The notes beneath the pieces were generated by a model. It did not search any database. It saw only the letters and a list, made by a program, of their open reading frames with translations, and was not told where the DNA came from. Source: Azolla caroliniana (Eukaryota > Plantae > Polypodiophyta). Taken from it: 64,000 bases of DNA. Location of the stretch: positions 8,928,001 to 8,992,000 of the forward strand of contig JBHGNT010000014.1 of assembly GCA_043228905.1 (NCBI GenBank). The letters are read 5' to 3'. The position numbers and the translations under genes were made by a program. This document shows positions 25,001 to 37,342 of this stretch, piece after piece (the first letter of the stretch is position 1; each line of letters starts with the position of its first letter).

Positions 25001-25582
25001 ACGCGTAGTTGTTTCTGTCGAGCTTCTCCGTCGAAAGTGAGCTTGCCATGCTTCTATCCATTTCTTCTTTTGTCTGTTCTTACCGGGTATTAGGGTTTGC
25101 CTTTGTTACAACTCTTGTCGACAAGAGATGATACTCAACCCTCCCGCTTTGATACCATGTAAAAATAGTGTGTGGAAGCTTGTAGACACAACTAGTTCTG
25201 CCAGATAGCAACAGAAAACAGAATGAAGGTTTAATGGAAAGCTTGAAACATAGAGAGTACGCGGGAGAGACACTGAGAGAGAGAGAGAGAGAGAGAACAG
25301 AACACAACATCTATTTCGAAGAAATACTCAATAGTAAATACTCTGTACATAGAATGTGCTCAGAGAGCACTTTTATTCAAGTCCTTAAAAGGACTGATAG
25401 AAGTACAAACAAGTACTTCAATGCTCATAACTGAGCTCTGATGCAAACTCCTAAAAATATGTCTATCTACTAGGCTAGGATTGTAGGCCTCTAATGGCCT
25501 ACTGGTTCACACTGATCTAGATACCAATCCGGCTCTGGCTTATTCAGTCGATCCGGATCATGTTGAGCTTGTCCGCTCAATA
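22040..25582 (-). mobile_element. 5' part of a Ty1/copia element (LTR 25158-25582, PBS, gag, protease start), split by a chromovirus
   Basis: PBS TGGTATCAAAGC (tRNA-iMet type) 25146-25157 abutting the LTR; gag EKLDRNNYASWSYKM; CWYCGKKSHW knuckle; WYVDSRASNH. LTR homologous to 41635-42112. Confidence 0.88.
22440..24340 (-). mobile_element. Internally deleted chromovirus (Ty3/gypsy) with INT and chromodomain
   Basis: 3' LTR 22440-22881, PPT AGAGGGGGAG, chromodomain (ERILDVK...FKIKW...DVTWE), HDAPSAGH..CHQCQ, WESISMDF. About 50 bp of the other LTR remain at 24293-24340. Degenerate TSD ACTGC/ATTGT. Confidence 0.85.
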
Positions 25583-26876
25583 AAGTACATACACTAAGTA
25601 TTTGGAGACCAAGCAAACATATTTACCATGTCCATTTAAGATATTGTTGATATTAAGAATGTCATCCAAGAATACTAGAATAGATTGTCTAAGTTGATCT
25701 TTAAACATGTGGTTTGTATCAATTGATGCCATTTGCCCTACGAGGACAATAACATATCCTCAACAATACAAGTTGTGCCTCTGCATTTTCTACAATCTGA
25801 AACATTGTTTCCATGTAACTTAGCTCACACTCATTACGATATGAGAAAAGGCATTAGCCACTAGTGACACTTTGCCTCATACAAGTTGGAGAGTTTGAGT
25901 ATCACACTTTGATACAATGCTCTACCTTCGATCACATCCAATTATACTTTCCACATATCTTCAACCAAACTCAACCTACACAAATTTCCCTACAAATTCA
26001 CTAACAAAGCTCTTAAATTTTGACATATATTACATGAAAATATTATAATTTTGGTCTCATAGGTTATATTTGACCTCCAACAAAAATAATAAAATCTATA
26101 GGTTATATTTGACCTCCAACAAAAATAATAAAATCTGTCTCTCTTTCGTATTCAAGAAAACTTGTGTTGCTAGAAGACAAACTTCACGTGTGTATGTTCA
26201 TGTATATGTATCCAAACTAGATGAGACACAAAAGTTTTCGTACTTCAATGCCCGGATGGAATGAAATAGTAGTAACAATGAAGGTCTAAACTAATCTTCA
26301 ATAAAGCAAAGGAAATCAATGTCGATGGCCACAAAGTTTATGATATTGTGCCATCTTATCCGCATCAAAGAAGAGAGGAGTGTGGATAGGCATGTATAGA
26401 TAGATAGTGACATAGATCATGCGTATGTGACCAATGAGGTATGTATGTTATCATCTAAGATGGGGACAATTCCTCCCTCCCAAATGTGGCACAAGCTAAC
26501 ATGCATGTATTCTGATGACTTGGTGGAGCCTTTCTCCTACACCCCCTGTTTCAGTATCTGATATAGAAATTCATGATTCCAACCACATTTCCGTTCTGCC
26601 ACACCATGCTCTATCCCCACATACACAATAACACTCTAAGAAGAGCAAAACCTTGGACTATTTTAAGAGATTCACAAGAAGAGACGCAACATAATACAAA
26701 CCTGCAGTCCAGGTCATGCTCTGATTGCTCTATATCCATGACAAACCAGAGATAGCATGTATGTGCTGAGGAATGAAAAGAATGGAGGAGGGTGTCTTAG
26801 TCGACCAGGAGCCTGGAGGGGAAAGACAATAGTTGGAAAAACAAATCATACAAATGATTAACATAGGCACATTATA

Positions 26877-28835
26877 TCATACAAGATGCCGCAACAGATG
26901 CAACAGCATCGCACTCCAAGTGTCGATCGCCCCTGGTAAGCACCAATGCAGACAGTCATTCTGCACCTTGGCATGCTTATCATGTGCAAACGGCTGGAAA
27001 TTCCTGTACGGACCCGGATGTGCATCGGGCCTCAATAATGAAGCATGTATAGTGTCGGCGATTTTGAGCTGGAAACTAAATTCTGACCTCTTGAGCAGCG
27101 TTTTACCAAACTCTTCAAGTTGAATCTTGTACATCTCTGCTGTCATACCTTCAAGAGCCACAGAGCTGCTGTCGAAGGGAAGAGTCCTGGTGCAGTTTCC
27201 ACCATTATCCCAACGCCCATTCTCAAAATGGTCAGGTGTAAATGTTCGGAAAAACACGATCCCCTTGTACTTGGATGAAATGAGATAGTCGAACACAGTC
27301 CTTAATGTGAATCTATATCCATAGTAGAACCCCACTTCTGAGACATTCAAGCTGAGGCTGTTGTGGCCACCGATCAACTTGTTTGCTTTGAAGTACACCG
27401 AGGTTTTTAAGAACCATTGCCCCGAAGATAGGACAATGTAATCATATTTGTGCAAGGAAGATGCCCAACTTTGGTCTACCTTATCCAAATGCAGTTTCTC
27501 TATGCCCTTTGCAAAGCCCTCAGCATCATCTTCAGTGCCTTGAACAAGGAACGGAGCCCATATAATGGCCAAAGTGAAATTATAGGATCGGAAATACCAC
27601 TGGATATTCTGATCTAGATCATCCCGGTACAGGTTTTCAGGAACCTCAACCTGTGCTTCATCACAGAGAGACATGCAGGAAGTTAAAAACACATACTGTT
27701 TAATTCATCTACCCAATAATCTGAACATCCAATAATTTACCACCACCACAGGGGGCATGTGTCAAGAGAACTTCTCTCAAAATCATGGATTCTTTCAGGC
27801 ATGAAAGTAGAAGTTGAATGGGAGGAGGAGGTTGGGTACCTGGGACAGTGAGCAGAGGAAAGATTGAAAATGGTTCCGAGCTATGGAGTCTCCAATAAAT
27901 GCCCAGGATTTCCCAGTGACGAGAGTTAAGTAGTGCTTGGCATCAAACAAAGGTAGATCGCAATCATTAGGCTTCCATCGCCAATACAAGTACTCGTGAT
28001 CCGGTCTTCCATTTTTCAGGCAATTTTGGTGCTCTTGGATGAAATGGCAGGTGGTATTTGTGTATCCCGGCCCAGCCGGGTTTGGGATCCAGTCTCCTCT
28101 CCAGATGTTGCACCCCCCTACAAAATGAATCCCCATATCATCTCTCAAACACCGTGAATGAGTTGGAATAATCAAGTAGGATTTAAGGTTAAAAAAGCAT
28201 CTTAAGTTAGCAAGCTGAGATTTGAACGAGAGTGAAGCTACTAAGCTTTGGCTGCCATCATCACTCTTATGGTCCACTTATCATACATATCCTCTCTCAC
28301 TCTCACTCAAAAGTAAATGGCCAAAATCAAGGCAAAGCTTCAGGTTCATTCAGCAAAAAACATCTAAAACTAACACAAAACGATGAGCACAACAGGTACC
28401 TACCTACCTACTGAGACCTCGTAAATTTTATATTATATAAGCTACTGAGTCCTAAGTAGTCTTTTGGTGAGCAAAGGACGGCTTACCCACATTGAAATCG
28501 ATAAGATTTGTAAGATCTGGAGGAGGAGGAGGAGGTAGATGTGGCGGTGGCGGTGGGTATTGAGGATCGGCAAGGCTTTGGCTTTGGCTTTGGCTTTGGA
28601 TGGAAGAAGCAGAAGTGGGCGTACTGGAGAAGAAGAGAATGCGAGCAAAGATGATGGGCAGGGCGAGCGCCAAGCAAGCAATGATGAGCAGCTTCTTTAG
28701 CTTCCAAGAAGAAGAAGAAGAAGATATTATGTTTGCAGCTTTGATAGGAGGAGAAGGAGGCGAGGATGCAACATCTAGACCACTTACAAGGGAATAGCCA
28801 CCACCGACGACGCCCACCATCTTCTTCAGCTCCAT
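26877..28835 (-). CDS. TRICHOME BIREFRINGENCE-LIKE polysaccharide O-acetyltransferase (TBL/DUF231), 3 exons: 28835-28487, 28117-27840, 27650-26877; 466 aa
   Basis: GT-AG introns with matching phases, 1401 nt open. N-terminal TM helix LLIIACLALALPIIF, Pro-rich stem, GCNIWRGDW/CLKNGRPD TBL domain, catalytic GDS (FIGDSIARN) and DxxH (NDCLHWCLPG). Motifs resemble the AXY4/TBL22-27 group. Confidence 0.93.
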
Positions 28836-28899
28836 GCCTACCTGCAGATCTACAATGTCTGTGCAGACAGGAATAGGAGCAAACGGCCCTCCCCAACCA

Positions 28900-28927
28900 A
28901 TACAGACAGACAGACAGACAGACAGAC

Positions 28928-28959
<32 letters not shown>

Positions 28960-29660
28960 GGTAGGGATGGGATGGGGTATGGTATTGTTTGGTCTGTGTG
29001 CTACTTACTTACTAACACCTAAATCTAAAGGAACAGGCAGGCAAGCAACACACAACACACAGAGTATGTATGTATGTATGTATGTATGTATGTATGTATG
29101 TATGTAGTGGTAGTGGTAGTGGTGAAGATGTAGGAGGGGGGGGGGGGGGGGTCCCAGCGATGGCACATCAGCAGCAGCAGGCAGCAACACCTTTACATAC
29201 TTTTTTTAATCTCTATATGTAGCCATTATGTATAGCTAGGCTGTCTATGTCGATTTCTCTTTCTTTTTTGCAGCTACATCCTTCAAAGTTCATACGCTGT
29301 GTGCTTTATTTAATACTTTCATTTTGTGCTTTGTTTTTTTGTTTTGGGTGTGGAGAGAGAGAGAGAGAGAGAGCAAGTTGCCCTGCCCTGCCCCAGTTCT
29401 AAACTTCTAAATTTCTAATCTGAATCAAGATTCTCTGTATATGTATATGTATACAGTATATGTATGTACATATAAGAGGAAGAAGATGATGATGAAGCCT
29501 CCCCAACCTTTTTAAGCAGTATCGCCTTGCACACACAATTCTTCATTTCTGAATCAATGAAGAAAGCCAGATTAGTTAGTTAGTCATAGGTTGCTCGAAG
29601 AATGCGAGTAGGCCTCCCTTACCTATCATGTATACATACATACATGCATGCAACATTGAC
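28900..29660. repeat. Microsatellite cluster in the TBL 5'UTR/promoter region
   Basis: (CAGA)n, (GT)n, (GA)n, (TATG)n, GTAGTG repeats, G-run and (TACA)n. Confidence 0.85.
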
Positions 29661-31398
29661 ATATGTATACATACATACGGACCGAGACAACATTATCTTA
29701 TGCCGACCCAACCCCTCCCTTAGAAGTTAGGACCCAAGAAGAAAGCTCCGGATTAACTACCAACTATCACTTCAAAACAAATAAAAGATGCCTTTCCATC
29801 ATCCCTAGTTGCCCCGCCCCGCCATGCCATAATCAGCTAATTTATCTCCGTGTGACCTATAAAGTCGATTGATTCTATTACCCCCATTCACTAATCATTA
29901 TAAACATTTCACTATACGTTTACTAATCATCCATAGATTACAATGGTGTACATATGGATGCAATCATCCATGCCATGCTCCTAGTTTTCTCCAAATTATA
30001 AACTCTACTTCAACGTACATGACAAATTATCATTGTAGGTTTTCTTCTGTTATCACATTGCTTTGTTTTTCAAGCAAGTGAGGTTTTGAGGAAACTGTCT
30101 CACTTCGTTATCTTGTCCGTACTCCCCATTAATTTTGTTTTAAACACCCAACCAAAGCATAAAGAATGGCACAAACATGCAAATACAAACAATATCAAGA
30201 TAGATGTCTCATTCACCTCCCGATCATAGATAGAGACAATATGGTGTCTTCCTCAAGCTTACAAAATAGCAAATGACAAGTCAACCACATCTCCATCCAA
30301 CAATGTGATAGCTCACAACCACTTTAACCACATCTCTCAAGTGCAAGAGCCTCATAACCAAGGGCTAAAGTTCAAGAGTATTGATCCATCAATAAATATA
30401 AAATGAGGTTGTATAGCCAAATTTTATAGGATTATCTTTACACCTTCCACTTAAGAGGGGATCGCCTACTGTGAAAACTCATCTTCATGCCCAATTACCT
30501 AACTTACCCCCTTTATTTTGACTATTATCCATAGAAATGTTTAGAACAATATAGTTCATCAATTGATTCCTAAGTTATCACGGTGATTACCAAGCTACTT
30601 CATAGTCAAAATGTTGCTACAAGTCAATAAAAAAAATCCTTGTCTAGGTTAATAAGAAGCAACTCAAGTTTTGGTGGAATATTATTGTGTCTTGTAAAAA
30701 TTTTGTTTGAAATTACGATAATGCTCTACAAAGCCGCCACACACAATGTAGAGGTGTAGCACAATGAAACTACAAAGGTTGTAGTATTACATCAAAAGAA
30801 TTAATTAATGATTTCCAACACAATGAAAAGGTCTAGCACAGAGACCGAAGGTTGAGCACAAGAGAGTGGGATGGCATACAACATTTATATTTTATATCAC
30901 AATTAATCCTCTGGTCAATTACTCACTCAATCAATCACTCAGTCACTCACTCAACCACAACACCTAGTTTTCCTCCTTATGTAATTAGGGCTAGCGAGTT
31001 CACACTTGTCTAGCCATTTGTGGCTATTTGACATTTTCTTTAATGTATACCATTTAGAACAATCTCCCTTCAACAAATACATGTTTACTTTGATTACAAC
31101 TCCCTTAACTTCTATTGATGAGGCCAATTATATTTCCTTGAGAATATGGTTGTCAATCTATATAAATTCGTTCACCCAATCTACATATAATTCCATGCTC
31201 TATCAATGATGCAACATTTGCACAAAGACCATATGTTGGCATGTTTCTAGTGAATCGGAATAACCAATAACATGTCGTCCACATAGACATATGCCCACAA
31301 AAGGACATTACTATGATGGGGAGGGACATGTAGATGTTGTGCTATGAACAAGCCTCGACCAAAATCTTGAGATATTGAAGATTAGGCTATCATGTAAT

Positions 31399-32656
31399 TG
31401 TTAGGAATTTGTCCCTCCTATGGGAGATGTCAACAGTCGATATCAAGGGAGAAGTCAACAACCGAATCGACAAGCCGAACACCGGATGGTCGACTAGTTT
31501 AGGGTTTAGGATGGTCGACTACATTGGATGGATGTTCCAAGTCGGGTCGAAGACAAGGCCGATAAGTCGGGCTGATTAATTATTATTATTATAATATATA
31601 ATAATAATAACATGTCTCTCCTATAAATAGGAATAGCTAGGGCAAACTTATTATGAGGTGTATAGAGGTTTTGTTATAGAGAGCTGAATAGAGTGAGAAA
31701 GAGAAGAAGTGAGACGCGAGAGAGCGTGTGTGCAGGTATAGTTGAGTGAAACTATTTAGAACCCTAATTGGGAATATTCTGTTCAGCAGAGTCGTTGTAA
31801 TATGTCCCCTCTCTTGTATTCTCTGTATATAGCAGAAGATCTGTTGCCCCGTGGTTTTTCCTCGTTTTAGGGTTTCCACATAAAACGTGTGTACTGTGTA
31901 TTTTCGGTTTTCTATTTTGTATCTTATGGTCCGTTTCTCAACAAACTGGTATCAGAGCTTGAGGTGCTAGAATGGAAGGAGGTATGAGCAGTTTCCCATG
32001 AATGATAGTCCTAAACTCACACAACTACTCCGACTGGAAGATCAAGATGGAAGATATTCTGATAGTCAAAGATCTATACAAACCCATAGACAAGCGTGAA
32101 ATACCCATAGGGGTATTGGCGTATGAATGGAAAATCCTAAACAGGAAGGCGGTGGCCACCATCAGACAACATGTAGACGTGAGTGTCCTACAACATGTGG
32201 CAAACGACACAAACGCCTATGAAATGTGGCACAAACTATCGGGGTTGTACGAGAGAAAGAATGCCCTCAACAAAACTTCTTTCATGAGAAAGATTGTGAG
32301 ACTGAAGTACAGAGATGGATAAAGCATGGTTGTACACATTAACACCTTCATGGGGTTGACGAATCAACTTGTAACAACAAGGTTTCCATTAGATGATGCT
32401 ATGTAGGCCTGGTTACTGTTATGTACCCTGTTAGACAACTAGGAGAATCTGGAGGTGTCTCTCAGTATCTCGTTCCAAGAAGAAAACTTGTCCTTACAAG
32501 TGGTAAAGACAAGTATCTTAAATGAGGAGACAAGAAGGAAGGGCAAAGGTGCCATGTCCCAATCGGAGGCAATATATGGCACAACATTCAGGCAGAGGAA
32601 GAAGCAAGCAGAGAACTCCATAAAGGAGAGACAAGCCATCATGCTTTTACTGTGGA
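31399..32656 (+). mobile_element. Ty1/copia 5' LTR (31399-31943), PBS and decayed gag, truncated
   Basis: TGTTAGGAA...CTCAACA; PBS TGGTATCAGAGC 31947-31958; gag LNSHNYSDWKIKMEDIL. Confidence 0.9.
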
Positions 32657-32726
32657 TGTAAAGAAATGGGAGGCGTAGGTGACGATGTGCGGTGGAAGTG
32701 AACTATGTGTGTATATGTAAGACAAG

Positions 32727-32803
<77 letters not shown>

Positions 32804-33280
32804 GAACAAGAAGCTATTCAGCAAATGATGAAATTACATCCAACAGTAACTAAGTTACAAATGGTTGGTTTAAATACCAACTAACCTAGGGCAATTGCCC
32901 TTTCTACTATTTACAAAACTAGCCTAGTATGTCTAGTTGCTAGTGTGAAAGCCATTTCATTGGGGAAGTTGGGTTCGATTCTCAACACACCCCTTCGAAC
33001 ACAACTTCCGGTCGCTAGAGAGATTGTCTCGTTGTTTTGGCTCATTTAAGCTTTTTGGATTTATTAGGTCCATAGTTGGATGGTCAGTCGGCTTTGATTG
33101 TTTCGAATCCTTGTTTGATTTGTGTGGCTCATCTTCGACTCTCCTTGGCCAGCTTGTGTCCACTGATCAACTAATCGGCTACTATTCAACTACTGCATTG
33201 TACTCGTCGGTTGATGTACTCCCCCTTGTTATCTCCTTCTCGGGGATACACCTTCGATTACTCCCCCTTGAGTAATCAGG
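32657..33280 (-). mobile_element. 3' LTR (32657-32987) with (GA)n and 3' region of a copia element related to LTR 4445
   Basis: TGTAAAG...CTCAACA, purine tract GAAGGGGTG adjacent. Shares GGGCA(A/G)TTGCCCTAGG with LTR 4445-4776. Confidence 0.7.
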
Positions 33281-33289
33281 TCAAGGGAT

Positions 33290-36200
33290 TGTGGTTACGT
33301 AGGAGGGTACGATAGGGCCAAGTAGGCTGATTAGTTACACGATACTCGGCCACAACCGGTATTTTCCTTACGACTTAAGAATAGCCGAAATGACAGTACA
33401 AATTACAGAAACAGACACAGAGGTGACCCAATAAGTACAGTAACCATTCGGTTAAGTGCGTGCCCACTTAAGTGCACTATTCTATTAAGTGCGCTTTTTA
33501 TAGGCATAAAAATCCAGATCAAGAAAATTACATTGTTTCAGGACAAAATTACATCAAACAAAATTAGAACTAAGTTCCAAACTTTCAAAAACAAGAAAAT
33601 CATCATCAAAAATAGAAATTGTTCCATACATTATTTCTACCTCTCCAATCATTAGGAATGCCAAAGCACTAGGAAAATAAGTGTTATCATATTAGATGCA
33701 CAAGCAAAATTCCCTATTAGAAGGTTTATTTCGTATGTTGAGGATCCAACTAATGCACAACCAACAAAATGTTCTATTAGAAGGTTGATTTCTTATGTTC
33801 GAGGAGCTAATTTCATGTAAAAAGCCCGATCATCATGAAAAAAATCACGATTTCTTATGTTAGAGGAGCTAATTTCATGTAAAAAGCCTGATCATCATAA
33901 AAACAATTCATGATTTCTTATGTTAGAGTAGTCAATTTACAAATAAAATTGATAATTAAAATAACATTGACAAAGATTTACAAATCAATCTTTGAAGAGA
34001 ACCAACAATTTATTCAATTATTGCAATGTTTATTTTGAAATTTATGTTACAAATCAATGCTTTCATAGAAACCTTCACAAATGTTTATAAAAAGCTTCAC
34101 AAATTTCTATTACAAATCATTTTTTAATAGAAACCTCCATAAATGTTTGTAAAACCATTCATAAAATTCTGTTACAAATCATTTTTTAGAAGAAACCTTC
34201 ATAATGTTTTCCAAATATTGACTAATTTCTATTATAATTATACATATTTTCAGAAAACATACATGATACAAATTTCTACTATAATTATGCATATTTTCAG
34301 AAAACATGATTTATAAATAGTCGCAACAAATTTTGGCAGTGATGTATGCATCAACGGTGAACAACAACGTGGGGAGCAACATGGGAGTGATTAGAGTATC
34401 AACATTGTCGTGCCTTTCGGCTCCGGATCGTTGTGTGAGTTGGGTGGGAACCGCCGAGGTTTTGGACTAGGAGGAAGAGGAATACAACTTAAGGCTAGTT
34501 ATGAATAGTAGAAAGAGAAGTAAGATAGCAATCTCGTGAATCCCACGAGTTTAGTGTATTTAAAACAATATTTAGATTATAAGAGTAATTTAGATGGCAA
34601 AATTCGTGAATCCCACGAATATAGTAGATTGATCAATCCTTGTATATTAATCAACAACCTTATACATATTTCTCTCCTCCTTATATAAAGATGGAAGAGG
34701 CTAAGCATGGCTTCATGCTTTTTCACAAAAAGTGTCCATGCACACTAAATGTGTATGTGATGCTTTGTCATTTCCTAAGTATAGGGCTCATGCACGCTAG
34801 ATGTGCATGAGTCACTTATAATGTCACGTGTAAATAAAATATTCACACTCTAAAGAATACATGATTTTTACCTTTTAATAAAGGTATGTGTAAATAAAGG
34901 TCTTATACGTATTAAATCTATATGTATAATATTAAAGATAAGTTATTACAATGATAAAGTTGAGGTTTATCTGCGTGGAGGTGTAGGGTTTGAATCTTGC
35001 CCTATGCACGTGGTAAATATTTTGATATATTATTTATTTATTTATATGTATCTAAAATCGGATATATTATTTTATGGTTTTCACGTAGTGTGTGGAATAC
35101 ACTACGACAACGTGGGTATGATCATAATCATGGAGTGATTAGAGTGGATGTAGGTTCGGTGTTTTCTGAAAATGTACAGAGAGAAACATTTTTGGGGGAA
35201 AAAAATTTCATGTAAAAAGGCCTAAGTGCGCGGCTCGGTTAAGTGTGCACTTTGGCACTTAACCGAATGGTTAATGTATGTATATTGATTACGAAATAAA
35301 ATTGATTACAAGGCAACACATGGCGATTATACTCGTCACACTCTCTTATATTATAACATATGCATATATATATTCACCCTTTTTCTTCTATTATTCCATG
35401 ATTTATATAGCCTATTGTGCTTCAAGAACTTTCCCTAATTAACGGCCTTTATTCTCGGTTGCATATATTTTGTTCTACCTTCCTCTGCTATGCGTGCTTG
35501 GCCGATTCCCTTTTTACCTACTTGACCTACTCATCTCTTTAGATTTGTTTCACACCTCATGCCCTTTTGTCCCACGGATAACACATGGCACGCCCTGGGA
35601 CAGTGCCTTGCACGTCGAACTCAAAAAGCACTAAATTTTTTTCGAAATCGTGAAATTGAAAAGAGCCGAAAATTGATATTGTACAGTTAAGTCTTCTTCC
35701 AAAATTGATGTGATGCCCTCCGGTTCTCCGACTACCCCAGTTTGAGATCGGCCTTCAAATTGGCCCTTTGCTCCGTGGTCTCTTGGGATTTCGTTCGTTG
35801 TGCCAACTCGGAGTCGCCTCCTCCTGGGTTAGCTCGGCCGTAAAATCGAGTTGTTGGTCTGTAATTTCCGTCGTGGCGCCCGTAGCCCCTTTCTCTTGCT
35901 TTGTCTCTTTGGTTTGTTCAACCACTTGTTCCCTTTCCAAGCTTAGGCGTGGCCCCTCTTCTTCTTTTGGCTCTTGGGTTGTTACCTCGGTCGTCAAGGC
36001 CCTTGTTGTGGCTTCTGCTTCTTTCTTAACTCGAAGGTGTTCGTGTTTATAGCCTTTGGTTTCAATCATGAGCAATAGTTGATCATCATTAAATTCCTCG
36101 AGGAGGTTTCCAATGGCCATGGTGTGTGTTCGGGCCAAAGCTTGTAATTCCTCAGTGTGGTCTTCACGGAGGATCTTAATGTTATTCTCGTCCATCTTGT

Positions 36201-36660
36201 AAAAACCACGACCCTCTTTTTTCCGATTTTCGGCGTCTGCTCACAAGATTTGCAATTCGGCTGCTTGAGCCGACCATTCATTCCATCCTTGAGCTAGTGC
36301 CGCTTCGACTTTTTGATTCAGCTTTAGCTGGTGCTTCGCCACTGGTGCCTTCACTCGGGTTTCGCCCATTTCATATTTGGCCCGGAGAGTGTTCATTTCC
36401 TCTTTAGCCGTCACAGCACCCCGTTCGAGCTTGGCTTTGAGGATCTCGCACGATACGGTAACTCCGACGATCTTTTCTTCCATTTCCTTCATATGTAAGT
36501 CATAGTGTCAGAGGAGTTGATTTGAATTATCGGCTAACTCCTGCAGATATCGGTCACGTTGATGTTTGAGTTCTAGTATCTAGGAAATTTGCAATTGGTG
36601 GAGGGACTCCAACAATGTATATTTCTCCTGCTCAACTTCTTTTAACAATTGATCATGCAC
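33290..36660 (-). mobile_element. 3' end of an element of the 8611 group: accessory-ORF C-terminus and 3' LTR (inner end 35583), LTR split by a mariner-type element
   Basis: ORF pieces 35755-36492 (GRGFYKMDENNIKILREDHTEELQALA) match the 8611 ORF (KLNEESIAAVREDLTQDYCALA). LTR end CTTTTGTCCCACGGATAACA. Left boundary approximate. Confidence 0.7.
33438..35276. mobile_element. Non-autonomous Tc1/mariner (pogo-like) DNA transposon with TA TSD
   Basis: TA|CAGTAACCATTCGGTTAAGTGC ... GCACTTAACCGAATGGTTAATG|TA. Subterminal TAAGTGC repeats, AT-rich interior with ~60-bp tandem repeats, no transposase ORF. Confidence 0.88.
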
Positions 36661-37342
36661 AGGTTGTGTAAGATGGGGTTTGCGGCCTCCAAGTCCGACT
36701 CTTCATTGTTCATCAGGAAGGGTCCAAAGGGTCAGGTATGCATCCTACTATATGTCGACAACTTGGTCGACCGGACCTGAACTCATTGAAATCGGCCAAG
36801 TGAAGTCCCAACTATTGAGAGCATTTGAGATGAAGGACCTGGGGGACCTTCATTACTTCCTCGGGATTGATGTGATCCGAACCCCCAAAGGCATATTGAT
36901 CAACCAACGCCATTATGTGCTGAATATGCTATTCAAGTTCAGGATGACGGATTCCCGACTGGTCTCAACACCCCTTGATCGGAATTTGAAGCTACGTCTT
37001 GACTCCGGATTGACCTATAAGGAGAAACGGTTCCGACAAATTGTTGGAAGCCTCATATACCTGACCATCAGCTATTCGGTTGGAGTTATAAATCAATACA
37101 TGCAATGATCGACCGTCGGGAACCTTTAGTGTGCACATCAACTATTGAGATACGTGAGTGGCACTAAGGATCGGGGACTGTCGTACCGACATGCTATAAT
37201 CAAACAGTTAGTTTGTTATACATATGACGACTGGGCTGGTGATGCGTGAAATCGTTGGTCAACGTCCGACTTTACATTTTCTCTTGGGAGCACAATTGTT
37301 GCGTGGAGCAGAGAAGCAGTAGATAATGGCTCCGTCAAGCAC

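Noticed and set aside
26059-26136. 39-bp direct duplication downstream of TBL
   Set aside because: Ordinary local slippage with no further structure.
29700-31398. Possible decayed TE remnants upstream of TBL
   Set aside because: No reliable termini, TSD or protein motif could be identified by eye.
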